64,000 nt of DNA from Antedon mediterranea (GCF_964355755.1 NC_092670.1:40164388-40228387), one strand, 5' to 3'; shown: positions 45,697 through 59,100, numbered from the stretch's first letter. Made by a program: numbers and translations. The notes: generated by a model from the sequence alone, not told the origin.

Positions 45697-47170
45697 GATT
45701 CTATTAGACACGATTTCCTTATAAGTAAACTAAGAAAATCTGGTATAAAAGGTAAAATAATCAAAGTTATAAAAACAATGTATAGTAAATTAAAAGGGCA
45801 TGTAAAGGTTGGCAACAAAATTGGAGAATTCTTTAAATGTGAAGTAGGAATACAACAAGGGTCACCTTTATCTTCATTATTATTTAATATTTTTATTAAT
45901 GATATAACTGAGTTATTACATACTGCTGAAAATCGAAACAAAATAAAAATTGATAACATAAATATTAATCACCTACTGTATGCAGATGATCTAGTTTTAA
46001 TCAGTGATACAGTGTACTCATTACAAGATCTTTTAAATAAACTAGCATATTATTGTAATAGGTGGGGATTGGTAGTTAACATTGACAAAAGTAAAATAAA
46101 AGTATTTTTAAAAAATGGAAAACTTAAGAACTACGAAAAGTGGAATTATCTTGGTAAAGAAATTGAAATAGTAAAATCTCTTAAATATCTTGGAGTCACT
46201 TTCAATTGTTCAGGAAATTGGGAAAAGGCCAGAGAACAAAATAATACACAGGCTATAATAAAGCACTTTTCTCACTCAAAAATATAATATATCAGAAATA
46301 TGGACATCTACCAGTGAATATTTGGAACTACTTATTTGATGTTAAAATAAACGCAATTATACTGTATGGTAGTGAAATATGGGGAAAAATAAACAACAAA
46401 AAAATTGATGATATTCAAAATAATTTCTGTAGATATGTTTTAGGGGTCGGGGAATCAGCCACAAATGTTTCAATTAGAGGAGAATGTGGAAAACATATGT
46501 TATGCTCTATTGGTCATGGAAACATATGGTTTTCACAAAATAATGTCCTTGATAAATTTTATGTAGTTAATAAAATAAAAGAAAGGCTAACCGATATGGA
46601 ACGCCAATCCTTTCTTGAAAGCATAAATATTTCTTCAAAATTAAGATACTATAAAATGTTCAAAAACAATTTCGGAGTAGATGGATACTTACTACTGACC
46701 CTTGATACTAGATATAAGCGAGCTTTAAGTCAACTAAGACTGGGCACACTTCAACTAGAGGTAGAAAGGGGAAGATGGAAAAGAATAGAGCGCAGCAATA
46801 GGTTATGTAAAATATGTAATATAAATGAAGTTGAAGATGAATATCATTTTGTTACAGTTTGCTCTCGTTACAAGGAAATCAGAAAAAAATGATGTATACC
46901 TTCTTTATTTTTTGAAAATCCAAATACTTTTAAATTCTGCCGTTTAATGTCATCACAGGATCCAATAATTATTGATAATCTATCTAAATATATTTATTAT
47001 GCTTATAAGTTAAGATATATGTTTTGCTTAGAGAAAGAAATTAATTAATTCATTTATCTTGTGACCATAAATTGCTTTATTTTTCAATGTAATTATTATT
47101 TTGTTAATTACTAGGGGCCAGAGGCCTAAAGTAAATAAAGTCAGGCGATAAGCCTGAATGAATGAATGAA
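45697..47170 (+). mobile_element. 5'-truncated, frameshifted non-LTR retrotransposon (L2/Crack/Daphne-like) inserted in a family B MITE
   Basis: RT motifs GIQQGSPLSSLLFNIFIND, LLYADD, KYLGV; C-terminal RLCKIC...EDEYHF...C; AATAAA then (GAAT)n tail; flanking duplication AATATAATC (45688 and 47169); MITE halves at 45627-45675 and 47180-47272. Confidence 0.92.
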
Positions 47171-47984
47171 TATAATCTAGCCAATCATTTAAATTGACAA
47201 TCCTAACTCTGTCGCTTGTGATTGGTCAATTCACTTGCGTTGCGTTACTTCGCTAGTGGGAACCACGCTTTACGGCCATTAGTTATGTGGGCTAATAATA
47301 GTTAATATTTAGACCATATTTCCTCTAAAGCTCTGTTTACACTATCAAAGTTAATGTGACAAAAAAATGTGATGTGCCCCAAATACCATGATAATGTCAT
47401 AGTATTACCATATTTAAGCATATCACTACCACATCAATTTTTTTCACTAGTTTGATAGTTTAGACAGAGCTGTACACAGTGACGCAACGCAATGACGTCA
47501 CCAATCACAGACAATACATTTGAAATGCCGCGTGTCATTGGTTAACTCACGTGCGTTGCGTCTCTAGTGGGAACGAACCTTAACTCAAATGAATGAATCA
47601 GGGGCGGATTCAGAATGTTTGAAAAGCGAGGGGAACAAGGGGAGGGGTAGGAGGATGATTTCACATGCCGGGGTTGTGAATTTTTGTCAACGAACATGAT
47701 CAATTGAGAGTGGTACAAAACAATGTGTAAATACTATTAAGTTATCAAATGCCTACCTAAGTGATTATGTCTATAGTATTAGGAAGTAATTTAATCAAAA
47801 ATTGACTTATAACGTCACTCTAATAAACTTAAACGGAAGAAGTAAAGAAAATCAAGGTTACTTAGATCAACTCACCTTAAGGTGGTACCAGTTTCTAAGT
47901 ATGTTGCAATCATCTTTCCTTATTTCGAAAATGTTGCTACAAAATAAATGCGCGATTATGTAGAAAGGTTCAACAACTTTTCGA

Positions 47985-48360
47985 GTCGAGTGGCAGGGAA
48001 GCCGGCGCAAACCATAGTTATATACAATCGGCACCGGTTCAAGCCACTCCTCGACCATTGTTCTGGTGGTAAAACAAGTCTTCTCGGATAAGAACTTAAA
48101 ACTGGAGGTCCAGTGTACACATCTAGCTCATGTGCACTTTAAAGAACCTAGTACATCTTCGGAAGAGTAGGGGGTAACCCCGGTGTACTGGTCCATTCTA
48201 CCCCTTGTTGTGGACAGACAAACGGGCGCTGCTTGGTGGCCATGGCATCGACACGAAGGGAACCTAAGGGGAGTGAAAATTGTGGTATGTGTCGTCCACA
48301 CCTGTGTGCATAATTCAGCCCAGTAGGCTGCAAGTCGCATGCTATTCATATTCATTTGAA
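47985..48360 (+). mobile_element. Deu-domain SINE (DeuSINE-like)
   Basis: B-box GGTTCAAGCC followed by TCGGATAAGAACTTAAAACTGGAGGTCC...TTAAAGAACC...AAGAGTAGGGGGTAACCCCGGTGTACTGG, resembling the conserved Deu domain of AmnSINE1-type SINEs (recognised from memory); inverted fragment at ~36880-36935. Confidence 0.7.
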
Positions 48361-49057
48361 TTTACATTTTGTCAAGTAACATAGGGACGATTTAGAGAAT
48401 TTACTTTATTTGAATTAATTTGAATCAACGAAAGAAAATGTGATTTTTCTTATATTTTGAGGACTTTTGACGGACCTGTATACCAATCCTGAGCCTTAAG
48501 TTCTGTCTAGAATATTAAACTATTTTGAGAAAAAAAAGGTGCGATGTGCCCAAATGTTGTAGTGATATGACAATCATCATGTCCATGGGCACATCACATT
48601 TTTGTCGCATAAAGTTTGATAGTAGACAAGGCTTTAAGTAAATGGCCCTTAATTGTATGATTGTCAATAATTGTTTGTATAGCCGAGAGGTGGGTGAGGA
48701 GAAACCTACAATACAAATGACAATAATATCAATGACAAATTATAACAAATACAAAATGTTTGTACGACAATGGAGAAGACAACATAACAAAACCAAGGAC
48801 AACAACAGCAATATTACAAAATACGGTATTAGAACAAATTCACGAAGGACGTCACCAAATTAACAATAGTTTATAATTGCGATGCCTACGCACACTGTAT
48901 AAACTTTAATTAAGGGCGTGGCCAGTAGACCTCGTACTACATAATGTTTATAGGTATCCTTTCACTTATACACTACCCTTGACCTAGATTCGTTCAAGGT
49001 AAACCTTCTACTAATCATAGCGTTGTTTTTACAAATTGTGCTCAAAGATAATTTAAC

Positions 49058-49330
49058 ATTGCGATGATGAGGTACGCGCGCGTTCCATTGAAATTTGCCG
49101 TAGGCTTGTTCCGGTCAAGGAAATCGACCAATTATAAGGCCGCGTGCTAATTTATTGTGAAGGAAATAAAGTGAAGACAATCCTGCTGTACCCTTAATTG
49201 CGATGATGAGGTACGCGCGCGTTTCATTGAAATTCGCCGTAGGATTGTTCCGGTCAAGGAAATCGACCAATTACAAGGCCGCGTGCTAATTTATTGTGAA
49301 GGAAATAAAGTGAAGCTGTACCCTTAATTG
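49058..49330. repeat. 139-bp direct tandem duplication
   Basis: 49058-49196 and 49197-49330; the second copy lacks 9 nt. Confidence 0.9.
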
Positions 49331-52300
49331 TAATTAAGCTAATAAATTAACATTACTTTTTATAAAAATGTCACGGCGGCGATTTCTAGGAATAACGTAC
49401 CTGGTCATGGTTGTTTCTAGGCTACCATTGAACTTTAATTAAATGTAGGACTAAATTTCACACATGTGTGGACATACTAACTGTACTTGAAAAAATGTTA
49501 AGCTTTATTGTCCCCCAAAAACATGAAAAATGAGCATTAATTAAATCAGACTTTGACTAGATTATTTTGTAGTTTTAACAAACAAAAAACGAAACGAAAA
49601 TGTTTTCACTTTTAAGAAATAACATAATGAAATGGTTAAATTAAAACAAAAACATGTGCTTTAAATTACAGTTTTTTCAGGTAAATACATTTTGTTTAGA
49701 TCCAATTTTTGGTAAAAGTAGATAACTATTATGTAACATTAAAATGGTATAGGCCTATTCAATTATCAATTATTTTTCAGGGGGACAATATCTTAAGTAA
49801 TGAAACGGGCGCTATTATACTAAGTGAACGTTGCGCGTAAATTCAAACGAATGGAAACGGAACGGGACATCGATTTTTCATTTTGATTATTGGCTAGTTA
49901 TAGGCCTAATTTGACGAAGTTGATTTTGGTATTTTGACAATTCTTGCACAAAAGTAATTGGAAGAGCAAATGGGCTAAATCGGGGAATGAGTAGGCCTAC
50001 GTTTATTTAATTCTTTTAAAATTCTTCGATTGTTCCTTTCCATTTTTACTTTCATTCACAACCCGGAAAATTCCAAAATACAGTGCTTTCTTTTTTTTTA
50101 AACGTACCCGGATATTGAGAAATAATAATCATACACGGTATCACGTGCTTTACACATTCCATATTAAATCTAAAAAATGTACCGTATATTATGCTAATAC
50201 AAAAGCTACCGGTATATTAGTAAGTTTCACGGAATCGCGGAAGGGAATATTACAGTGTCATTTTAGCGACATTAGTTAGTTTTGTGACAAAAGGCACTGT
50301 TAGCAGGGTAGTCGTCCTGTAGCCGTATTCACCAATCAATGAGATATTTCCCTTATATTAACTATTTCACTTAACTCAATAAATACTTAAGTATTTCTCT
50401 TAAACTGTATTTACTTGGATAGAAGATTTTGCTAAACCTTAAGGGTGTTTCCCAAGTGTGAATACGGCCGCTGGTTTCGAATCTTGTTTTCGATTTAATA
50501 AAGTTAGATGGACGTTTGAGCATCTTGTGTGCATCCTCCTTGGACGGACATAACTATGTCAAAAGTGACTGTGACGATACCATTCGCTTAAGTGGCTTCA
50601 CAAAGGCACTAAAACTGTGAATCAATGTGTACGTACACAAGCCTTCGATCCGCCGCCTAGTGGAAAAGAAACAGTTTTATACTAGTAGGTACTACAATAT
50701 GTCATTCTCATTGGGCTCTGTGCGGTGAATGTTTGCATCAAATGGCCACCTACTAGTACTAATGTGAATAGGTCATTAACTAACAGTGAATTACTGTCAA
50801 TTACACACTACACATAATCCCTAGTTCCGTTTCCGATTTTATTTTGGTACACGAAAAGAACCACACTAAAGGACTACTATTCGATGTATCGATCAACTGT
50901 TTTGTTGACACACGTGATGATGTAAATGTCAATTTGGTTACTAGCAATTGCATCATAATAAGTGGGAACCAATTAATATTTAGAAATTCACAATTATATT
51001 TTATGTAGGCCTAAGTACATTCAATAACCCATACAGTACCGTACACATGATGTAGAATAACCTGTTAATATTAACCGAATTAGAAGGTACAAATTAACGG
51101 AAATATTAACCACATGACCATGGAGAAAAATATGCTATGGAAACCGGATACTAATATTCAAAAAAAGGGAACTGCCGTTTTCTGTTTCCTTTTAAGGAAT
51201 GTGTTCTAGGCCTACACAGGAATGAAGGATTTCCCTTAAGTGATGATCACTTCCGTCACGTGATGACAGCAAACAGTGTTTTGCCAAAAACTATTGCATA
51301 TCATCTTATGAATGAAAGCAAGGTGCCGATAATCTTATGAATCTGAAAGTAATCCCATGAGCTTATGATGAATCAAAACTATGTGAAGCGATACAAGACA
51401 ATTGCTACTTTTGTAATCATTCACAACATTTCGTCTGGAAATAAACTTAGAAAGAAGCGCTAGACAGGATTTAAAATAAAAAAAGAAACCGGCAACATAA
51501 GTTAAAAACATATAGGCACTCAAATTACTCATTAACATCTGTTTTTTGGGAAGGAATATCACCGATTCCTCAATTCAACTATTTTTGGACTAAAAAAACA
51601 GGACATATGCCTATCAATCGCGTACGAGTGTGTTTTCGCATACCTTTTTTGCATGTGACACACCAAAATACACATAATTATATACAACTAGTACTATCTA
51701 TGTCTAAGTTATAAGTTGTTAGTTCTTCTGACCGTTAGTATGAGAAACGCCTGCCGACAAATATTGGGGTTTTTTTCTTCAATTTCTGCCATATACAAAA
51801 CAAAGAAAAAGACAAAACAAAATATAAAAAAGGCAAGGAAAGTCCATATCCGTCTGCACTTAAGTTTAATTCGCACTTCAACGCAGTGCAACTTAACGTC
51901 AGCGCGACGCAAGTAATTCTACCAATCACCACGACGCGATGGATCACATCCAAGATGTCACTTGTGATTGGTCAACTTGTGTTGCGCCTATTATATACGT
52001 CACTGCGCGTTGTGGAAAATAAGCTCAAAAGTTAGTAACTACTAGAAAACCGATGGGGGCGCTACAACCTTTGACATAACAGCATAAATTAAAAGTAATG
52101 GCTCCTCAATAGAGTAGCAATAGCAACTCAATAATTTATGTAGATTAAATTCTAATTAGAAAACAAATCCGATTCGGGGTGATTTTTTTTTTATTCACAA
52201 AAAAAAACAAACAATAGCGAACATTTTGTAAACAAATTAATTGTTTTTCCTTCAACATTGACGTAAAGGGAATAGTAACTGATGATGTAGTATTATATAA

Positions 52301-52789
52301 AGTGAAACTGTAATCTTAACGCGTTAGTTGTTGCAAATAACCTTAAAAACGTCGTCTAATATCTGGGGCCTAATGCCAGGCCATTGCGATAATTAAAATT
52401 TAACCATAAATGTGAACAATTAATATCTGTGAGTAATAGCTAGACATTATAACTTATATTTCAACGGAAGTCACGCTATTAACAAGCTAAAACTAGCTTT
52501 ATTAATTGGTTATTGTGTTTTTTTTTTCACAATTTGTTTTTCATAATTTTTGAATAACATTTCGTAATGCTTTCTGTTGATGATCAAAATTACAATAATA
52601 ATAGGCATATTATTGTGCCTATGATGATGATTATAACGTAAATCGATGATGATGATGGATGGGATGATGACGATGATGACGTAAATTACGAGTAAAGATG
52701 ACGAATTTATTAAATTATAATACAGGGATTAAAACGTTTATAAACTTCAAGTGTTAAGACCTATTTAAAACAGAAGAAAGATATACAGT

Positions 52790-53118
52790 AGCTTGGTTCA
52801 CAGGGGACATAATACAAATACGTGAGCGCAACGCTGGTGATTTGACCAATCACGACGCAGTGGATGATGATCTATCGCGTCGTGATTGGTCAATTTACTT
52901 TCGTTGCGCTTACGTCTTTAGGTCTGTGTGGCGTCGATCCTATAGTGGGAAGTTTAAGGTTTATGTCTTTAGGTCTGTGTGGCGTCGATCCTATAGTGGG
53001 AAGTTTAAGGTTTATGTCTTTAGGTCTGTGTGGCGTCGATCCTATAGTGGGAAGTTTAAGGTTTACGTCTTTAGGTCTGTGTGGCGTCGATCCTATAGTG
53101 GGAAGTTTAAGGTTTATG
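52790..53118. repeat. family B-like MITE whose right end is amplified as 4 x 51-bp tandem repeat
   Basis: Unit TA(C/T)GTCTTTAGGTCTGTGTGGCGTCGATCCTATAGTGGGAAGTTTAAGGTT from 52911; explains ORFs 52842..53141 and 52864..53184. Confidence 0.85.
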
Positions 53119-54532
53119 GCGAATTATTTATACGGTATTAGTAGAGCAAGGGCTGACGTGACGCGAGTCCACAATCAACAGTAGCCTACAAGGGTAGTAA
53201 TTAGATGTGATAGCACATGTAGGCGACGCCAATTATTAAGGCACCTCTTTACGAATGTCGCATTAAGGTGCCATTCAAAATTTCTATCAGAGGTATAATA
53301 TTTTAACAAAACCAATTAATTACACGCGACATTCCAGAAGATCTTTCGCTAGTGATTGGTCAAAACGAATTGCGTTGCGATTACGTAATTATGTTTTGTC
53401 CTGTTGTAGTGTGGATAGTATAAACCACAATGTTTCACAGAAAATATATGATTCGAAAAAAAAACCCACACTCAATCAACACTCATAAAATAACATTTAG
53501 TATGAGCAGTAACATTATAAAACAGTTAAAAGATAAACATTCGGCACTATTGAAAGAAGCAAACAAGCGGATGAAATCAAACATTTTTTAAATAAGTTTA
53601 AATCGTTTAGAGATGACCCTAAAAAGTGACAGAGAATTACTTAGGTTTAAACACCGATTATGTTGCACGACCAAAATGATATTAATGTAAATAATGTTAA
53701 TATTGCCATAAATAATTGTAATTTAAACAGTTTCAGTTATCAACTAATGTAGTTATAACACCATAGCGGTTGGTTTCATTTTTTGACAATCCCTTCTAGT
53801 GTTTTGTATTTTTTGGCGACCAGTTGATATTTTGTATTGTGATTAAAAAGACGAAATAAATTAAGTGAATGCTAAACGATTGAAACCTAGCCTACTTCCC
53901 TCTACCCACACCATGTCGTCAAAGGCAGTTCCTCCGGTCAGGGTCCGCCTCTTAAGTGGCCTCATACATAGGTTACGACAGCCTTCAAACGAAAACACAT
54001 GACGTCAAATTGTAATCCATCCACGTTTTTATAAAAGTTCAATTTTGTTGGATTACGTAATTGAATGCATGTCACGCGCAACACGCTCGATTAATTTCAC
54101 TCGCGAGTCATTCATTTAACACTAATTTACCTTTGAATATTAACACTCGGATGTTTTGCGCGGCGATTTAGCGATACAGATGAAAGAAGACGGCTTGATT
54201 AGATGCTAAAACCCAACACCTTGCCACTTAGTAGGTCAGTCTAACCATGGCGGTACAAATGACATCCGGCGAACTGTTAATATTAATTTAGCTCATCGCT
54301 TAGTGTCACTGATCTAACGAATGGGATGAAATGTATTCGTCTATCATAACATAAACGGTACATTAACGCTGACATTAACACTAGGTTGAAAAAATGTCAA
54401 CTACGGTTTAGTTAAAATGTCAAGTTGATATACACCATTTTGATTGGTCAAAAGTATTATGACGTCATTAAATAGCTTTAATAACATTGTTGCATTACAA
54501 TATGATACACAGGTGCAGTAACACGATGTTCC

Positions 54533-54681
54533 TAAAGCCGCTCCGTCTACACTATCAAACATTATGTGACAACAAAATGTGATGTGCCCATATATGGACA
54601 TGATGATGTCATATCACTACCATACTTGGCCACATCAGACTTTTTTTGTCAAACTAGTTTGATAGTGTAGACAGGGCTTAA
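54533..54681. mobile_element. Harbinger-like MITE family A copy
   Basis: CTCCGTCTACACTATCAAAC ... GTTTGATAGTGTAGACAGGGCTTAA. Confidence 0.75.
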
Positions 54682-54889
54682 GCTTAAATTGTAGTGGGAT
54701 GGAGAGATTGTGATGTACCAATGAAATACAATAGAGATAAGAGCTTTCGACGAAATAGTCAGAAGTCAAAAAGCTCCCCACGCACATCGTCGCGTCACCT
54801 GTGTCAAAAGCCCGCTAATAGTTACGGATGGACACCATAAACACAAAACAATATTTTGTGGTGTAATTTGGTCATCTCATAGTTAAATT

Positions 54890-54923
<34 letters not shown>

Positions 54924-55344
54924 TTAAAATTAATTCTTCTCAATCACCATTCAATGATATTAATTTGAATCCAAGAATATTTAAACAATAAATTGAAAAA
55001 AAATTAGATCAGGATGCGTGTATACTTACTTACTGACTTAATTAAAAACCAAACAAATTAACACTTATCGCGAACCAAAAATAGCAAGGAAACAAATATA
55101 ATTTATAAATTTATTTTGCAAAGCATTCTTCTCTTCTATCGATTTGTATTTAAAAACACACCATTGAACTTAATTCTTTAATTTTAAACGACACGTGATG
55201 GCGCGTCGTAAACGCGTCGGCTGATCAATGAAATGATCCAATACTACGATGGTATACAGGAAGTAGCTGCACCACTGTCAACTATAATAACGACCATTTT
55301 GGACCTTGCTTTGTCCCTCCTACTGACCATGAAGGTATAAAATT

Positions 55345-55540
55345 GAGAAGTTGTAATTTGTTCTCAGAAAAAATTACAGGACTTGAACCCAGAACTATGG
55401 CAAGCCAAGTCCGCCAAAAGTCCTCAGTTACATGAATGCATTGTTGTTGAATGGTATGGATTGAGGACTTTTGGCAGACTTGGCTTGCCATACAGAACAC
55501 TTGGGATTTGTAGCCAAGCACTATAACTACCAAGCCACAA
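55345..55540 (-). mobile_element. tRNA-derived SINE interrupted by a 97-bp foldback MITE (55396-55492)
   Basis: SINE homologous to 19342; insert has 31-bp TIRs TATGGCAAGCCAAGTC(C/T)GCCAAAAGTCCTCA and a 6-bp TSD CAGAAC; related half-copy at ~45022-45074. Confidence 0.8.
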
Positions 55541-56188
55541 TGTGATATTAGTTTTCATTTCACTTGGAACGTGGGATGAAATAAAAGAAAAAATGTTATA
55601 ATGTAAATAATATGTTATATACATTAATATGTATATAAACACACTAGGCATAAAAATTAATTCTAAACCGCCCGGTGATATATAAACAAATATATAAATT
55701 ATTAAATTAATTGCTATATATAATATAAATCTGTTTCGGGTTATATTTTTAAGTTCATCCCTAAAAATAGATATGTTTGTATAAGTGACGGTTCCATGAT
55801 TTGGAATAAAGGGGTTTGGGTGAGGGAGAGAGAGAAGGGGTGGGTGTGGTGTGCAGAGGATGGAAACACTGTAAAATGAGACACTCAACCTAACCTACTG
55901 TTATGTTCAGTACAATTATGTCTCCTTTTTTTTTTAAATAAGAAAAATACAGTAAGTATTGAACAATCATATTATCAACACCATTAGAAATCCTTCTTCA
56001 GGAAATAGCTTACCAATAAAAAGTGTGTAAACAAATGATTTTGAAGGAGAATACTATGCCATATATGGATATAGATAATAAGCCATATATGGATAAATGT
56101 ATCTGTACAGTAATTAGAATAAGCTATTAATAATATTTCAAACATCTAAAGTAGTTGATGCATGACCACATCCAACACGTCTATCTTT

Positions 56189-59100
56189 TTATAACAACAT
56201 TGTTTCAGGTTTTTCGAGAAACTTCTTAAAATGTTGCAGCCACTGAGCTCCTACGGCACCATCCACGACACGGTGGTCGCAACTTAAGGTCACGCTTAAT
56301 ACTGACGCTGTTCGAAATCTAAAAAGATAGAAAAATAATGTTTTTATAATTTTTTTTTTTTATAGAATTGTTGTTGGATTATTATTATTAATCAATTTAA
56401 GTAAATATTAATTGAAAAAATAGGTTATTGAGGGGCGGAAAGGTTATACCATATGTAATACTAATTATTGTTTTCTTAATAGAACTCAAGCACCCAGCGG
56501 TATTATTAATATTAAATACATTAACCGTATTTCATTTGATCTTTAATAACCATTTTTGATGTTCTCTATTTAGAAACCAAGTTTTTAGAACTGAAAGTTC
56601 TGAATGAATAAACAAATATGAAATAACCTATTATTATGAAAGCTCATGAGATCTGTTAATGAGATTCTGGAGGGTGTCATACACTCTGGTACCCTTTTAA
56701 AATATAATTTGAACTTTTGAAATAATCATTATGAAAATCAATTAAAACAATTGTTGTTATGAAGCAATTTAAATCCAATAAAAATGAGAAGGTTTATAAT
56801 GCGAAAGACAGACTAAACCAACGGGATTCTTACGGTTATGGATATTGATATCAGAATTGTTACTAATAAAGTAATATGCAGATTATAAAATCTCATATTA
56901 TTTTGATAATTTAAAGCGTTGTTGATGTAAAGAACAGATGAAATGCGGTTAATGTGTCTAATTAATATTACCGCTGGGCGCTTTATAGTTCCATTAAGAA
57001 AAAATAATTAGTATTAGCATAATAGCTTCTTGTAACCTTTCCACATCTCAACATTTATGAGTCTCAAACTTTTCCTATAATCTGAAATTAATATTATTCA
57101 TAGGAAAATCTAACAATTATTATAATAAATCGAACTAGATTTAATTCGTCACTATGACGAATTATAGGTTATATGCATTGATTTAAATAAAGATAATTGA
57201 TTGATTTAAGATATTTTGATTGATTGATTTTCTCAGAATCTTTAGTTATTTATAATATATGATAGGATCTTGCTAACGCAAATACAATAGCCGGTATCAT
57301 AATCCGATCAAAGATCCTTCTGCGTATATAATGTCATAAACCACATTTGTGTTTTTAAATAAATTTCATTATAAATCATCTGTATAATCTATACACTAAG
57401 AAATACAATTGAACAAACAATACGGGTAATAAAAAAAATCTTATTTCGTTTCGTTTCCCAAGGTGAGACTCGAACTCGGTACCTTGAATGCTATAGACAC
57501 GAGCAAAGACCACCGAGCCATACACAACTGACTAAAAATTATGGAAATATTCCTCCGTGTATTTACTATGCAGTAACCACTTTGGTGCAGATAGATTATT
57601 ACATACCGCAATGAATTATAATGTTTTACTATGATGACATCTTTAAAGATTTTTAAAAATGATGCACTGTCAAACTATATACTTTTAACTTTAATATATG
57701 AACTTCTTAAGGAAGAAAGTTAATGTTAAGTTTGTTATTTCGGCCTAAGAAAATGTTATAATTTGTTTGATTGTCGAAATTAATTTTTGTAAATTTAATA
57801 TGCCATTAATGATGACTTAATCAACTTTTGTTCTCTTAATTTCATAATAAATCATACATATGATACATACACTTCAAGAAAATGAAATAAAAAATTGGTG
57901 TTCCCGAGCATTCTAACGATATATATTAATTTTAAAATTTAGCATATTTTCACCATTTTGTTAACTTACACGTGCGTAGCCTGTCACTTTTGACGTGCTC
58001 GTATAACGCTGTTTCGAGTTGAAAAGTTAATACAATATGATGATATTGTTAAAGAAAGGTTATACAACAGTAATCGGACAAAAACAGTGCGGAATAACGT
58101 TTGACGCGCAGTGCGCGTGCAAAAATCTGCGCACTTATGGTAATTTTTTAAACGCTTAAAATTGCCTGAAACGTACTCTAATTTCATCAAAAATAAATTC
58201 TGAAAATTTTGAACATTTTAAGCGCGCGTCCGCATGCGTTATATGCGCTACGCACCTAATTGTATTGCCATATGATGAAATATGACCTGAAATTTATGAG
58301 TACCAAATTTTGTTTAAAAGTGATTCATGCTTGTGAAGATATGATTACAAACGTGATTTCGTTAAATCGCGCGTAGACCGCGTAATGTTTGATTGCGCAC
58401 CGTGAAAACATAACCACATCGATTCCTGGCCATAAGGAATATACTCTGAAAAATTGACTTAGTTAGATGAAACTGATATCAAGATAATTGACGGACACAT
58501 AGTGCTAAGGAAAGAATAAATAAATAAATAAAGAAATAAATAAAGATTCTGACAGAATCAAGAGGTTATATGCATGAATGCATATAACCTAATAACTGTA
58601 ATGTGAAAAATTTAGATATTATTTAAATTAATGTAAGAAGTTTGAATAATCCATTGCTTTTGATTGGTCAATTTGCTTGCATTGTAACTTACATCCTTGT
58701 GTTGCGTCCTAATGGGAACAAGCTTAAGCAACTTACTAAGCAACTGTACGTAAAGCTTCACAATAAATTAATATTCAATTTTTCAAAAATATTAACTTGC
58801 CAATATAAAATAGTCATGAAACTTTTAAAAAGGTCATAAATTTTATTCAAAAAGTATATTTATTCAATTTATTCCAATTGAAATTTTCTATAGAAATACA
58901 ATATAATATTCATAGCGTACACACAATAACACCCACACTCATTCGAAAACTAATAGTAATTATAAAAAGAGAATTTTTGCAAAAAATAGCAATTATAAAA
59001 ATTGTATTATTGATTATACTTGCTAAACCTACTCACTGATAAAATGAAAATTATTAAAATTTATTTATAATTTACAATATTACACAAAATGCAATTATCA

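Noticed and set aside
49060-49200. C/D box snoRNA pair (ATGATGA in each 139-bp copy)
   Set aside because: No terminal CTGA D box or closing stem.
51197-51340. Plus-strand open segment after an AG acceptor (ECVLGLHRNEGFPLSDDHF...)
   Set aside because: No partner exons or recognisable homology.
52842-53184. Two overlapping repetitive ORFs
   Set aside because: Products of a 51-bp tandem repeat of a MITE end.
55424-55888. 154-aa minus-strand ORF
   Set aside because: Low-complexity AT-rich sequence running into a SINE/MITE, downstream of the DLAT stop.
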